This document shows positions 1-9,950 of a stretch of DNA of 64,000 nt, piece by piece (the stretch's first letter is position 1; each line of letters starts with the position of its first letter). A program made the position numbers and the translations under genes. Location: assembly GCA_964609215.1 (NCBI GenBank), contig CAZSQZ010000009.1, forward strand, positions 16,394 through 80,393, in the 5' to 3' direction. Source of the DNA: an uncultured Flavobacteriales bacterium. Its GTDB lineage: Bacteria > Bacteroidota > Bacteroidia > Flavobacteriales_D > JABDKJ01. Below the pieces are notes generated by a model that saw nothing but the letters and a program-made list of their open reading frames with translations, made no database searches and was not told where the DNA came from.

Positions 1-359
1 AATGGGTTAGTATCGGAGAGATTGATGGAGCTGGAACTTCAAACCAAAACGACTACCAATTTCAAGCGGGCCCTATATCCGGCTTGAATAGATTTAGGGT
101 TATTCAGAAGAACTTTGAGGGAAAGGTTAGAAAAAGCCCAGAGGTGAGTTTCACTTCTGATTTAAAGCCTGTTACTTTTAAATACAACAGAAAATCGCAA
201 ACCATTGAATTCTCAAATAAAACCAGTTTTGAAGTATTCAATGAACAGGGTCAGATTGTTAAGAGAGGTTATGATTCAACAATAGATGTTTCTGGTTTAA
301 GAAAGAATCTATATTATTTGGCTTACGATAATTTGGATGATAAATTCCAAAAGAAGTAG
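1..359 (+). CDS. 3' end of a gene continuing from upstream of the window; hypothetical protein C-terminus
   Basis: The frame of the 84..359 ORF stays open back to position 3 with no stop (WVSIGEIDGAGTSNQNDYQFQAGPISGL...). The listed 'M' at 84 is a TTG codon. I recognise no domain. Confidence 0.4.
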   Translation, partial: WVSIGEIDGAGTSNQNDYQFQAGPISGLNRFRVIQKNFEGKVRKSPEVSFTSDLKPVTFKYNRKSQTIEFSNKTSFEVFNEQGQIVKRGYDSTIDVSGLRKNLYYLAYDNLDDKFQKK

Positions 360-368
360 CCAGTAGAT

Positions 369-1010
369 TTGAATAAATTCGAAATTGAAATACCAGTAAC
401 TATTAGGTATTTCACCCACGGAAAACTCAGCTCCAGCACAAAATTCATTTGGATAGCTTGTCACGGCTATGGTCAACTGGCTCAATATTTTATTAAAAAA
501 TTCGAAGTTTTAGATGAGCATGAGCACTTTGTAATTGCACCAGAAGGAATGAATCGTTTCTATCTTAATGGTTTTTCAGGAAGGGTTGGAGCTACATGGA
601 TGACTAAAGAGGATAGAGAAACTGATATTGCTAATTATTGCAGGCAACTAAACGCAATTCTTCATTCCATACCTAAAGAGCAAAGGGAACATATAAGGTT
701 AAATTTATTTGGCTTTTCTCAAGGCACAGCTACCATTTCCAGATGGATGGAAAAAGAGAATATCAAATGTGAGAATCTGATTTTATGGGCTGGGAAACTA
801 GCACATGAAGTAGAACTTAAAAAATTTAGATCCCAATTCAATAAAGGATATTTTTTATTGGGCTCTGAAGATGAATTTTCTTCCGAAGAAGATATCCGTA
901 AATATTTGAGCTCAATTTCAGAATTCGGTGTGAATTTGTCATTTATACCTTACAAGGGTAATCATGCAGTTGATTCTGAGTTATTAAGGGAAATTTCATC
1001 TAACTTCTGA
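369..1010 (+). CDS. alpha/beta-hydrolase fold esterase (phospholipase/carboxylesterase-like)
   Basis: GFSQG nucleophile-elbow motif (GxSxG) about 120 aa in. Length and layout (HGYGQ ... GFSQGT ... late conserved H) fit a small serine hydrolase. The listed start is a TTG. Confidence 0.55.
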   Translation: MNKFEIEIPVTIRYFTHGKLSSSTKFIWIACHGYGQLAQYFIKKFEVLDEHEHFVIAPEGMNRFYLNGFSGRVGATWMTKEDRETDIANYCRQLNAILHSIPKEQREHIRLNLFGFSQGTATISRWMEKENIKCENLILWAGKLAHEVELKKFRSQFNKGYFLLGSEDEFSSEEDIRKYLSSISEFGVNLSFIPYKGNHAVDSELLREISSNF

Positions 1011-1075
1011 TTTGGAATTCCATTATTACACAGTTATAATCTCTAATTCTTGAATTCTAATTTGAACAAATTAGT

Positions 1076-2890
1076 GTGTTTATAGGTATATTTATCACCT
1101 TATATCAGAAAATTATGAAATCAATCTTTAGCGTTCTTTTTTCAATTCTCGCATGCAGTTCAATGATTCATGCGCAATCTATAACACCTCCCAATTTTTC
1201 AACACCCGAGGAATTGAGTCAGGAAGTGATTCCAGTAGATGGAATACTTGACGGGATAACTGATCCTCCAGACTTCGATGTTAGACCAATGGCAGAGTGG
1301 GAAGAAATCCAAAGTTTAATCATTACTTGGGCTGGATTCAATAGTATCAATAAGAACATTGCAAGATATGCTAAAGAAGAATGTGAGGTTATTATTTTAA
1401 CCGATAATCCTTCTTCAACTCAAAATTATTTAATGGGAAATTCTGGTGGTGGACCTTTGAACAATATGGACAATATTACCTTGATAGATTCCAATTATGA
1501 TTCTATTTGGGGAAGAGATTACGGTGGGAATACCTGTTATAAAAATGATGTTGAAGAACCAATTTTAGTAGATTGGATTTATAACCGTGTAAGACCTAAT
1601 GATGATGTGACGCCTGCGCTTATTGCTAATTATAAGGGTATCGATTTATATGAAACTACTGAACCACCTTATGATATGATGGCTACTGGTGGTAATTTTA
1701 TGTCAGATGGTGTACATACGGCTTTTTCTTCTGAACTTATCTTAGACGAGAATCAAGGAGGTTTTTTCAATGGCTTGAATCATCCTACGCATACTGAAGA
1801 GGAAATTGATGACATCGTAGAACAATTTATGGGGATAGAGAACTATATTAAAATGGATAATCTCCCTTATGACCTTATTCATCATATAGACATGCACATG
1901 AAGATTCTGAATGAAGAAACTATTGTTGTAGGGCAGTATCCAACTGGTGTTTCGGATGGTCCGCAGATTGAAGCGAATATTGATTATGTGCTTTCTAATT
2001 TCACCACTTCTTTTGGTACTCCTTACAAGGTTGAACGAGTAATTCAACCACCTGAGAGTGGCGATTATCCGGGAGGACCTTTTGGAAACGGAGATTATAG
2101 AACCTATACGAATTTGGTTTTTGTAAACAAGACGGTTATTGTTCCTGTTTATGAAGCGCAATTTGATAATCAAGCCTTAGAAACCTTAACGGAATTACTT
2201 CCCGGTTACAATATTGAAACGATTAATTGTAATAATATAATTCCTTTAAGTGGAGCTATTCATTGCATTACAAAAGCAGTAGGTGTAGACGATCCTCTTT
2301 GGATAGGGCATGATCCTGTTGATGATACTTTTGTTGAACTTGAAGATCAAACAATTCAGGCTATAGTAAAGCATAAAGATGGAATTGAGGCAGTGAAATT
2401 ATTTTACAAAACAGATTTGGCGGGTTCATATACGGAGATCCCGATGACTCTGGTAGATGCAGATGAATCAATTTACGAAGCAACAATACCAGGTCAATTA
2501 TTTGGTACACAAGTGTTTTATTATATTAATGGAGAAGCTACTACAGGAAAAACAATTAATCGTCCAATGCCCGCTCCTGAAGGATATTTTTCTTTTGAGT
2601 TCATTGGAACTGTTGGATTATCTGAATTAGATCAAGATGTGTTTGAATCTATTTATCCAAATCCTGCAAATGCCATAACTGTGGTTCCGTTAAATATTCC
2701 TAGTGCTTTGAGCGGAAGATTGTATGTTGTTAATTCTTTAGGTCAGCTTATTGAAGAATTGCACAATGGTAGCTTTAGTCCAGGATTGCAAAAGTATTTC
2801 CTGAATGCAGCAAATTATTCTACTGGTGTTTATAACGTAATTTTTGAGTCCGATGGTTACGTGTCAACTCAGAAATTGGTGGTAAGATAA
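1076..2890 (+). CDS. agmatine deiminase / Porphyromonas-type peptidyl-arginine deiminase family protein with T9SS C-terminal sorting domain
   Basis: IWGRDYGG motif and a C-proximal GAIHCITK motif, which matches the catalytic-Cys motif G-x-I-H-C-x-T of guanidino-modifying enzymes. The N-terminus has a signal peptide, and the likely true start is MKSIFSVLF near 1115. The last ~80 aa (IYPNPANAITVV...GVYNVIFESDGYVSTQKLVV) look like a Por_Secre_tail CTD. Confidence 0.6.
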   Translation: MFIGIFITLYQKIMKSIFSVLFSILACSSMIHAQSITPPNFSTPEELSQEVIPVDGILDGITDPPDFDVRPMAEWEEIQSLIITWAGFNSINKNIARYAKEECEVIILTDNPSSTQNYLMGNSGGGPLNNMDNITLIDSNYDSIWGRDYGGNTCYKNDVEEPILVDWIYNRVRPNDDVTPALIANYKGIDLYETTEPPYDMMATGGNFMSDGVHTAFSSELILDENQGGFFNGLNHPTHTEEEIDDIVEQFMGIENYIKMDNLPYDLIHHIDMHMKILNEETIVVGQYPTGVSDGPQIEANIDYVLSNFTTSFGTPYKVERVIQPPESGDYPGGPFGNGDYRTYTNLVFVNKTVIVPVYEAQFDNQALETLTELLPGYNIETINCNNIIPLSGAIHCITKAVGVDDPLWIGHDPVDDTFVELEDQTIQAIVKHKDGIEAVKLFYKTDLAGSYTEIPMTLVDADESIYEATIPGQLFGTQVFYYINGEATTGKTINRPMPAPEGYFSFEFIGTVGLSELDQDVFESIYPNPANAITVVPLNIPSALSGRLYVVNSLGQLIEELHNGSFSPGLQKYFLNAANYSTGVYNVIFESDGYVSTQKLVVR

Positions 2891-2905
2891 ATAGAAGAGA
2901 TTAAG

Positions 2906-2940
2906 TAAAAAAAGGAGAGCAATTTGCACTCCTTTTTTTG
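2906..2940. terminator. bidirectional rho-independent terminator between convergent genes
   Basis: The sequence is an A-run, then the hairpin AGGAGAGCAATTTGCACTCCT, then TTTTTTTG. It lies between the + gene ending at 2890 and the - gene ending at 2958. Confidence 0.55.
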
Positions 2941-2957
2941 TTTAAGGTGAACGGTAA

Positions 2958-5438
2958 TTATAATTTCATCAGCTTACGATGGGCTTTTTTGCCATCTTTT
3001 TCGAATACAAATAAATATACACCACTTGCCCATTTTGATATTTCAAAGGGGGTTACTTCAGTATTTAATTCTCTCTCTTCTATAAGCATTCCCTGCAAGT
3101 CAAAAACTTTAAGGTTGATATCGGTTAAATCTGATATTTCGATTATTACTTGATCAATTGCAGGGTTTGGAAAGAAATTAATTTTGTTTTCTATGTCTAT
3201 TCCTTCTATGCCAATAATTGGAACTGAATCTGCAGAAATACAGATTTCAAATTCCCCTGCCTCATTGCTTCCTCCATTCCAAAATTGAATGAGATAATCA
3301 GTGTTTTCATTTAAGTTAGTTAACTCAACTAGGGCTAAAGAATCAAGATCATTTTCACAGATCATTTCTAAACTGTCGCAAGTCTCATAAACAGCAAATG
3401 AGGCATTGCTTGCAGTGATAAGATTTATATCGACACTTACGCTAGTATTTGAGCCTGTATTAAAGGAGTACCAGACGTCTTGAATAATGCCAAATTGGTC
3501 GCAAACAGGATTGTTCAAATTTGTACTGGCGCATGCATTGGATCCTATAACGTATGAGCATGAATCTGATTGACTTAGTGCAATGATTTCAGCTGTGGAA
3601 CACGTTTGGTTATTTGGAATAGGTAAGCATGGCTCCATACAAGTTATTTCCATGTTGAATGTTCCAACACTAAATTCATTAAAGCCATGAACCAGTATGT
3701 AATAATCAATTCCACCGGTAGTATTCCATGTTGCGATCGAAGAGAATCCACTACAATCTAAACCGTCTGGACCAACTGCATCATCATTTGCAACAACGCA
3801 ACTAAGGTTTGAACAAGAGCCTTCATAGACTGAAATTTTTGTATCGTAATCTGCAATATTGCAGGTACTAGCGATGAACTGCCCACCAGTGCCTACAATA
3901 TGATACCATATACCAGGAGCAACTACAGTCACAGCGCCACAATCTGGAGCATCCGGACTATCCACGCTGGCAAAAGTTGTAATTCCACTTACAATAGTAT
4001 CGCATTCCAATTCTATTGCATCTGTGCATATGTCATTTATTGGAGGTGTATCTCCAGTTGTGAAATTCAATACTAACGAGGTGTCGCTAATACCATCAGT
4101 ACCACAATCTTGCAGTATATAGGCAGAATAGTTTGTTATTGGATCTAAACCTGAAATGGTATATGAAGGACCATCAGTACCTGTTATTCCGGTGATCATT
4201 GTACCATTGCCGGGAACAAAACCACCAAGACCATATTCTATAATGAAATTCGTTCCTGGTGTTGCAGGTGACCAATCTAAAATTGCTTCAGAATCACTAA
4301 CATCAGTTAAAACTAAAGAAGGCTCAGGACATGAAATACATGAGAGAGTTAAGTGAAATTCTCCTACACTACCTCCAAATCCATGCACGAGAATAAAATA
4401 TTCTTCTCCGAGATTTGATTGCCAAGAAAAAGTAGATGTATTCCCTTGGCAGGGAAAAGAATCATCAACTCCACCAACACAGTTCAATGAATCGCACGAG
4501 CCTGAGAATACGCTTATTTTAGTATCAAAATCTGCTGAATCACAAGTTGATGCTTCTAACAAGGATCCATCACCAACAACTGAATACCATATTCCGGGTG
4601 AGTCAATAGGCGTTCCACAGTTTTCACCATTTAAGGAAACATTGGCAAATTCCGTACTCCCGTTAACAGTAGCTCCACAGTTTAATGGAACCGAACCTGT
4701 GCATAGATCATTTGCAGGAGCTGGTAAAGAATCTGTACTGAAGTTTATTGGGCCAAGAAGATTGGATAAGGAAGAATCTGGACATGTCTCAAAAATATAT
4801 GCTTGATAGTCGGTGTCTATGTTAAGGCCGGTAATATTTACTGTAGCATTTGTACTACTCTGAAAAGTGCCTGTTCCTAAGGGAAAGCCAGCTAAGCCAT
4901 ATTCTATTGTTGCTTCATTCGTTGGCATGCTACTATTCCAAGATATTTGTGCTGCATCAACAGTAGTGAGATCAACTACTGGGTCTGTAATTCCAGGGCA
5001 AATATTAAATAGTAATCTCCAATTAAATGGATCTGATTCCCAATTATCGTCCCATTCTATATAATAGGTAATGCCGGGTTCTACGGCAAATTCTGCAATC
5101 GATGAAAAATTAGTGCCCACTCCACAACCATCATCACCTTGAGCAATTAAACTTAGATTATTACAATCTCCGCTATATGCCCAAAATCTGGTGTCAGGGC
5201 CGTTCTGATCTTCGCATGATGTAACGGTGGCAAATCCTATTTCAGGCACCGTAAAAGTATACCAATCTGCATTTACGGCATTAGAAGAACAATTAAAACA
5301 TCCCATTCCACTTGATGGTCCATCTGCACTAAATGAGTTATTTACGGTTGCTATTTCTGCAGTTGCACAGGTTTCTCCCTGCCCGAAAATTTGAATTGAA
5401 AAAATAAGAAAAGCTAAAATGGAGGAGCAATTTTTCAT
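2958..5438 (-). CDS. large secreted cell-surface protein, T9SS cargo, with a fibronectin-III-like domain and repeated Cys-containing beta-sandwich domains
   Basis: N-terminal signal peptide. The C-terminal ~75 aa (FFPNPAIDQVIIE...GVYLFVFEKDGKKAHRKLMKL) form a Por_Secre_tail. Internal repeats are of the type SC(D/S)xL(N/S)CV...YYILVHGF, and there is an FN3-like segment (ILDWSPATPGTNFIIEYG). Confidence 0.55.
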   Translation of the reverse strand: MKNCSSILAFLIFSIQIFGQGETCATAEIATVNNSFSADGPSSGMGCFNCSSNAVNADWYTFTVPEIGFATVTSCEDQNGPDTRFWAYSGDCNNLSLIAQGDDGCGVGTNFSSIAEFAVEPGITYYIEWDDNWESDPFNWRLLFNICPGITDPVVDLTTVDAAQISWNSSMPTNEATIEYGLAGFPLGTGTFQSSTNATVNITGLNIDTDYQAYIFETCPDSSLSNLLGPINFSTDSLPAPANDLCTGSVPLNCGATVNGSTEFANVSLNGENCGTPIDSPGIWYSVVGDGSLLEASTCDSADFDTKISVFSGSCDSLNCVGGVDDSFPCQGNTSTFSWQSNLGEEYFILVHGFGGSVGEFHLTLSCISCPEPSLVLTDVSDSEAILDWSPATPGTNFIIEYGLGGFVPGNGTMITGITGTDGPSYTISGLDPITNYSAYILQDCGTDGISDTSLVLNFTTGDTPPINDICTDAIELECDTIVSGITTFASVDSPDAPDCGAVTVVAPGIWYHIVGTGGQFIASTCNIADYDTKISVYEGSCSNLSCVVANDDAVGPDGLDCSGFSSIATWNTTGGIDYYILVHGFNEFSVGTFNMEITCMEPCLPIPNNQTCSTAEIIALSQSDSCSYVIGSNACASTNLNNPVCDQFGIIQDVWYSFNTGSNTSVSVDINLITASNASFAVYETCDSLEMICENDLDSLALVELTNLNENTDYLIQFWNGGSNEAGEFEICISADSVPIIGIEGIDIENKINFFPNPAIDQVIIEISDLTDINLKVFDLQGMLIEERELNTEVTPFEISKWASGVYLFVFEKDGKKAHRKLMKL

Positions 5439-5526
5439 AATAATACTTAATCATTGAAAATTACTTCAATTGTATTATTAGCGAGAAGAAGTAAAATTTA
5501 TGTGTCCACTTTATAAAGTGAATAAT

Positions 5527-6243
5527 CTATTTCTTGCTTTGGGGAAGGAAGTAGCGGAAATCAGCAGTTAGGTAACCACCATTCAATTCGGTGACATAAT
5601 CAAATATTTCCGATTGCTTTCTATAATTCAACTGAGTGAATGCAATATTTTCAAAAGGGTTATGAAAGGTAACACCTAAATAGAAGAAACCACTTTTTTC
5701 TGTTCTATATTCAAATCCGATATTTGCTTTTAAAGAAGGTTGAATCCATTTTCTATAAAGAGTTACTTGACTAAACTCCTCCCCAGTGCTAGCTACATCG
5801 CTTGCATACATATCTAATGAAATACCTAAAGAATTATTGAGATATAAATTCTCTCCCATTTGAACGTAAAAAAGAGCTGTAATTGGTATCTCATAGTTTA
5901 CCAAACCAACATCGGAACCGGTGGTAAAGGTTGAATCCAAATCGGTTAATTTAAAATCGAAATTTCTTCTAACATAGCTAATGCCAGTTTCAAAAGAGAA
6001 CTTTTTGGAAAGACTTTTTCTGACAACCGCTCCCCATGAATATCCGAACTTAGGATCAACATTTATTCTGGCAAAACCTTCCGTAAACTCAAAAGAACCA
6101 CTATTGGTTATATCCGTGGGAATTATAGGTTTAAATTGAACACCTATTGTCAGCCCATCTTGCGCATAAGTTGCAGAGCAAAACAAACTGATTAGAACTG
6201 CTATGAATAGGTATTTAATCTTCAAATAAAAATATTTATGCAA
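5527..6243 (-). CDS. outer-membrane beta-barrel protein (porin-like), signal peptide
   Basis: Signal peptide followed by alternating hydrophobic beta-strand patterning, and the protein ends in an aromatic residue pattern. The size is about 240 aa. Confidence 0.4.
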   Translation of the reverse strand: MHKYFYLKIKYLFIAVLISLFCSATYAQDGLTIGVQFKPIIPTDITNSGSFEFTEGFARINVDPKFGYSWGAVVRKSLSKKFSFETGISYVRRNFDFKLTDLDSTFTTGSDVGLVNYEIPITALFYVQMGENLYLNNSLGISLDMYASDVASTGEEFSQVTLYRKWIQPSLKANIGFEYRTEKSGFFYLGVTFHNPFENIAFTQLNYRKQSEIFDYVTELNGGYLTADFRYFLPQSKK

Positions 6244-6289
6244 ATATCCTTATAAATTACGATTCTTCCAGAGTCTTATTGTCTAAAAA

Positions 6290-7438
6290 TCAATCAAACT
6301 TTATCATTAAACGTTGTCCTTTTCTTAAATAAGCACGTCTATTTAAGCCATTATCCGCGCATAAATCCATGAGATCAATACCATATAATTGAGAAATATA
6401 GGATAGATTTTCTCCATTTTGCACAAAGTGGAGGCGAACTCCTTTGGGATATGCGGTATAACCCCATTTTGATTTTTTAAGAACTATTGTATCAGAATGC
6501 AATGTTTTATCCTTGAAAGAAATAATATGCGATGGATTTAAAGGAATACCTTTGAAACGCATTTCAAAATGTAGGTGACTTCCAGTAGATCTTCCGGAAC
6601 TTCCACCTAAACCGACTATATCTCCAGCTTCTACAATGTCCCCTGGTTTAACTTTGAAACGGTGCAGGTGTGCATAATAAGTCTCTAGTCCATTATAGTG
6701 CCTTACAACTACTAGTCTACCATAATTTCCATGATATTTGGCCAAACGCACAACACCCCCAAAACTTGCATGCACAGGATCCCAAACTTCTAGATCAATA
6801 TCATAACCATTGTGGTTTCTTCCATCCCTATATCCATATTTAGATGTAATTACTCCATCAAATGGCATGTGAAAATCACAGTTCATGTTTTCGTTTTTTA
6901 ACTGAAGCATCACTGTAGTGTCATGCTGTGTTAAATTATAACTGTAGGGATTTGCGCTTTGTGTATTCCAGGTTTTATAAAAGTAGTTTGCCGGATAAGG
7001 GGAGTTATCATACGGAATCATGAAATCAAAATCGATCTCGTCTGCTGAAAATTCGTAATGTGCTATTTGAAAATTTATTTCATTAATTAAAGCATAAGGT
7101 ATTTGATCTAAAGTAAATAGAGAGTCCAATATGCTTTGAAGTTCTCCAGGTTTTTTTCTGTTTAAGCTTTTACAAAGTTTGACCGTTTTTTGAAAATCAA
7201 CTGAAATACTATCATGTTCCAGTATTTCGTTTAGATATTGATCAAAATGACTTTGGTAGTTTTCCCAACCACTTCCTAGAATCATGTCATTACCATACAT
7301 AACGACAGCAGTGGCTGTATCTCTTGCGGTTTTCTTATCACCCTTTTTGATCTTATTCCCATCACCACTTGCAGAAAGCAGACAAAACGAAAAAAGAAAA
7401 ACAAAAAGGAAAAACCCCTTATGCTTTGAAAGTGTCAA
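6290..7438 (-). CDS. M23 family metallopeptidase with C-terminal LysM domain
   Basis: HNGYDIDLE...HLHFEMR motifs (the HxxxD and HxH of M23). C-terminal LysM-like segment (ENLSYISQLYGIDLMDLCADNGL). Signal peptide present. Confidence 0.7.
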   Translation of the reverse strand: MTLSKHKGFFLFVFLFSFCLLSASGDGNKIKKGDKKTARDTATAVVMYGNDMILGSGWENYQSHFDQYLNEILEHDSISVDFQKTVKLCKSLNRKKPGELQSILDSLFTLDQIPYALINEINFQIAHYEFSADEIDFDFMIPYDNSPYPANYFYKTWNTQSANPYSYNLTQHDTTVMLQLKNENMNCDFHMPFDGVITSKYGYRDGRNHNGYDIDLEVWDPVHASFGGVVRLAKYHGNYGRLVVVRHYNGLETYYAHLHRFKVKPGDIVEAGDIVGLGGSSGRSTGSHLHFEMRFKGIPLNPSHIISFKDKTLHSDTIVLKKSKWGYTAYPKGVRLHFVQNGENLSYISQLYGIDLMDLCADNGLNRRAYLRKGQRLMIKFD

Positions 7439-7594
7439 TTGTTAAGTTCTTGTATAAAGTCTTTAGGTTATACGCAAAAGAATAATTTTTAGATATAATA
7501 CAAAAACCTAAAACTTAACTATACAATTATACTTTTTAACAGGAATGTGTATAAGTTAAAAGTCTGGATTTATAAACAACTGAATATTAATTGC

Positions 7595-7957
7595 TTAGAC
7601 GGGATTTTTGAAATACCCATATATAGCTAAAGCAATAACGGAAATACTTAATAGTATTAAGAAATATCTAAAAACGGGGTCTCCTATGAATGGCCTTCTG
7701 AACTTTCCAATAGCTATATTATTTAGTTCTGTAGCTTTCTCCATGTCCTTTCTGTGGATGCCATAAAGCTCTCTTTTCACCAAATCTTCACTGCTGTGAT
7801 GTTCAAATTCTATGCTGTTATTCTTTAATAGTTCTTCGAAATACTTCGCCATTTTTATATCCGAATAGAAAAAGACCCAATAGGATTTGTTGGTTGGGTG
7901 GATATTGAAATTCCTAATTTTAAGTTTTGAGGAATCTGCCTGATCAAACTTGTTCAT
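7595..7957 (-). CDS. hypothetical protein with C-terminal transmembrane helix
   Basis: ORF of 120 aa overlapping the upstream nitroreductase gene by 4 nt, which implies an operon. C-terminal hydrophobic helix. No recognisable domain. Confidence 0.3.
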   Translation of the reverse strand: MNKFDQADSSKLKIRNFNIHPTNKSYWVFFYSDIKMAKYFEELLKNNSIEFEHHSSEDLVKRELYGIHRKDMEKATELNNIAIGKFRRPFIGDPVFRYFLILLSISVIALAIYGYFKNPV

Positions 7958-8541
7958 TCTTCAATCCATTCTGTAATATACTCAATAGGCTTTCTTTGCC
8001 CTTTTGGCCATTCTCCTTTAGGATATCCAAGGTAGACTATTCCTATCATGTTGTCAGCTTCTTTAAGGCCTAAACGCTCTTTAAAACCATCGGTATGAAT
8101 AAAACCAGGGGTACTCCAAAATGAACCCAAACCATGCGCGGTTGCATGTAAAAGGATATTTTGAACAGCTGCAGCACAGGCAAAAAGTTCATCTTTTTCG
8201 TGAATCCTCTCTTCCTTAGGCCTTTCCATCCAAACCAGAATTGCAGCACTTGCATTTGCAGGACTACTTTTCATTTTATCTTCCTTTGCTTTTTTTCTGT
8301 CTTCTTCTTTTACTGCAAGATGGTACTCACTAACAAGTAAATCAGCCAGTTTTGCTAATCCATCTTCCATGTAGACTTTAAACCTCCACGGTTGGTTCAT
8401 ACCATGTGTTGGGGCCCAAATGGCAGAATTTAGAAGCTCTTCAATGATCTCTTTATGAACCTTTCGCTCGGAAAATTGGATGGGATAAATTGTTCTTCGA
8501 TCCTTTATTAGATCTCTAATCTCACTAAGATTGTATTTCAT
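7954..8541 (-). CDS. nitroreductase family protein (NAD(P)H-dependent oxidoreductase)
   Basis: Nitroreductase fold signatures (AIWAPTHGMNQPWRFKV; C-terminal GLGSFW). Confidence 0.6.
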   Translation of the reverse strand: MKYNLSEIRDLIKDRRTIYPIQFSERKVHKEIIEELLNSAIWAPTHGMNQPWRFKVYMEDGLAKLADLLVSEYHLAVKEEDRKKAKEDKMKSSPANASAAILVWMERPKEERIHEKDELFACAAAVQNILLHATAHGLGSFWSTPGFIHTDGFKERLGLKEADNMIGIVYLGYPKGEWPKGQRKPIEYITEWIEE

Positions 8542-8547
8542 CCAAAT

Positions 8548-9102
8548 CTATTTCCATTTTATATTGCAACCCATGCTAGGCATTTGTCTTTCTGGTATGT
8601 CCTTACCATTCAATACGCTATCAAGAGCTTCACGCATGTCTTTACCAGTTACGGGAATATCTTTACCCGGACGTGAATCATCTAAACGACCTCTATAAAC
8701 GCAGTTGTCATTCGAATCAAAAAGATCAAAATCAGGGGTGCAAACTGCATCATAGGCTCTGGCAACATCTTGTGTTTCATCATATAGATAAGGAAATGGA
8801 AAATTGAGTTGCTCTCCAAGTAGCTTCATTTTGTCAGGAGCATCATCAGGATAGTTGACTGCATCATTTGACGAAATAGCTATAAATCCTATTCCCTTAT
8901 CTTTATAATCGTTAGCTAATCTTACTAATTCTTCTCTGATATGAATTACATAGGGACAATGATTGCAAATAAACATTACCAATGTTCCTTTCTCACCTTT
9001 TAAATCTTGAAAAGAATAGTTATTCCCACTAATGGTGTCCAGTAAATTAAACTCGGGAGCTTTAAATCCTAATGGAATATTTAATGTTGGAGTTAATGCC
9101 AT
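8548..9102 (-). CDS. thioredoxin-fold thiol-disulfide oxidoreductase
   Basis: CNHC (CxxC) active-site motif in a thioredoxin-like context (LVMFICNHCPYV). Confidence 0.55.
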   Translation of the reverse strand: MALTPTLNIPLGFKAPEFNLLDTISGNNYSFQDLKGEKGTLVMFICNHCPYVIHIREELVRLANDYKDKGIGFIAISSNDAVNYPDDAPDKMKLLGEQLNFPFPYLYDETQDVARAYDAVCTPDFDLFDSNDNCVYRGRLDDSRPGKDIPVTGKDMREALDSVLNGKDIPERQMPSMGCNIKWK

Positions 9103-9188
9103 ATTTCTATTTTAAGTACAAAGATAATTCTTCCGTTTTGTAAATCAGTATAAATGATGTTTCTTAGTTGAGAGACAAAGAATAGATA

Positions 9189-9950
9189 ATGCAAAAGACA
9201 TTTATAATTACAGGTGCCGGAACGGGAATAGGAAAAGCAACAGCTCATAAATTAGCCAACGAAGGACATCGTTTAGTTTTATGTGGAAGAAGAGGTCATT
9301 TATTGACGGAGCTTGAATCGGAACTGAAAGGGGATGAACACATTACTCTAAGCTTGGATGTTTCAGATAAAAAGGCAGTGAAAGAAGCATACGATTCTAT
9401 TGGATTAAGCGATTTAAATTTGGCTGGAATTTTTGCGAATGCTGGAATAGGAGGAGAGAATGAATATGGGGATGATGATAGATGGGAACAAATTTTAAAT
9501 ATTAATTTATCTGGAACATATTATTCCATTATGGAGGCTATCCCGGCAATGAAAAAGGCAGAAGAGAAATTCAAACATATTTTAATTACTTCAAGTTGTT
9601 TGGCTAGGTTTGGAGTTCCATACTACACGGCTTACTGCGCTTCTAAAACAGGGTTGTTAGGTCTAACAAAAGCTCTGGCTATTGAATTAGCACCTTTTAA
9701 TATATTGGTAAATTCTATAACTCCAGGTTGGGTAGAAACTGAGATGGCTAAAGCTGGAATTCAAAAATTAGCAGACCATTCTAGTAAATCCTATGAAGAT
9801 GCATTTAGAGAGCAAATGGGATATGTTCCTTTAGGCAGAATGTCTGATCCAAATGAAATAGCCAGCTATGTTTCTTTTTTATTCTCGAATAAACAAACCT
9901 CAATTACTGGACAAGCGCTTGATATTAACAACGGAGCATTTATGATATGA
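9189..9950 (+). CDS. SDR family oxidoreductase
   Basis: TGAGTGIG Rossmann motif at the N-terminus. YxxxK catalytic pair (YCASK). Length 253 aa. Confidence 0.7.
   Translation: MQKTFIITGAGTGIGKATAHKLANEGHRLVLCGRRGHLLTELESELKGDEHITLSLDVSDKKAVKEAYDSIGLSDLNLAGIFANAGIGGENEYGDDDRWEQILNINLSGTYYSIMEAIPAMKKAEEKFKHILITSSCLARFGVPYYTAYCASKTGLLGLTKALAIELAPFNILVNSITPGWVETEMAKAGIQKLADHSSKSYEDAFREQMGYVPLGRMSDPNEIASYVSFLFSNKQTSITGQALDINNGAFMI

Noticed and set aside
1742-2173. Antisense 143-aa ORF inside the deiminase-like gene. Also similar antisense ORFs inside established genes: 4156..4356, 4867..5064, 8070..8255, 10899..11120, 12224..12421, 12911..13150, 13523..13747, 17021..17203, 17830..18450, 19381..19611, 20720..21149, 21487..21824, 22141..22353, 23062..23253, 23471..23977, 24173..24361, 25543..25737, 26226..29066, 29475..29666, 30364..30801, 36228..36428, 37538..37726, 40799..40999, 41518..41700, 44213..46200, 48230..48412, 49009..51301, 55741..56355, 56787..57008, 63175..63428
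   Set aside because: All lie within or antisense to longer ORFs with clear domain content, have low-complexity or compositionally odd translations, and show no independent support.
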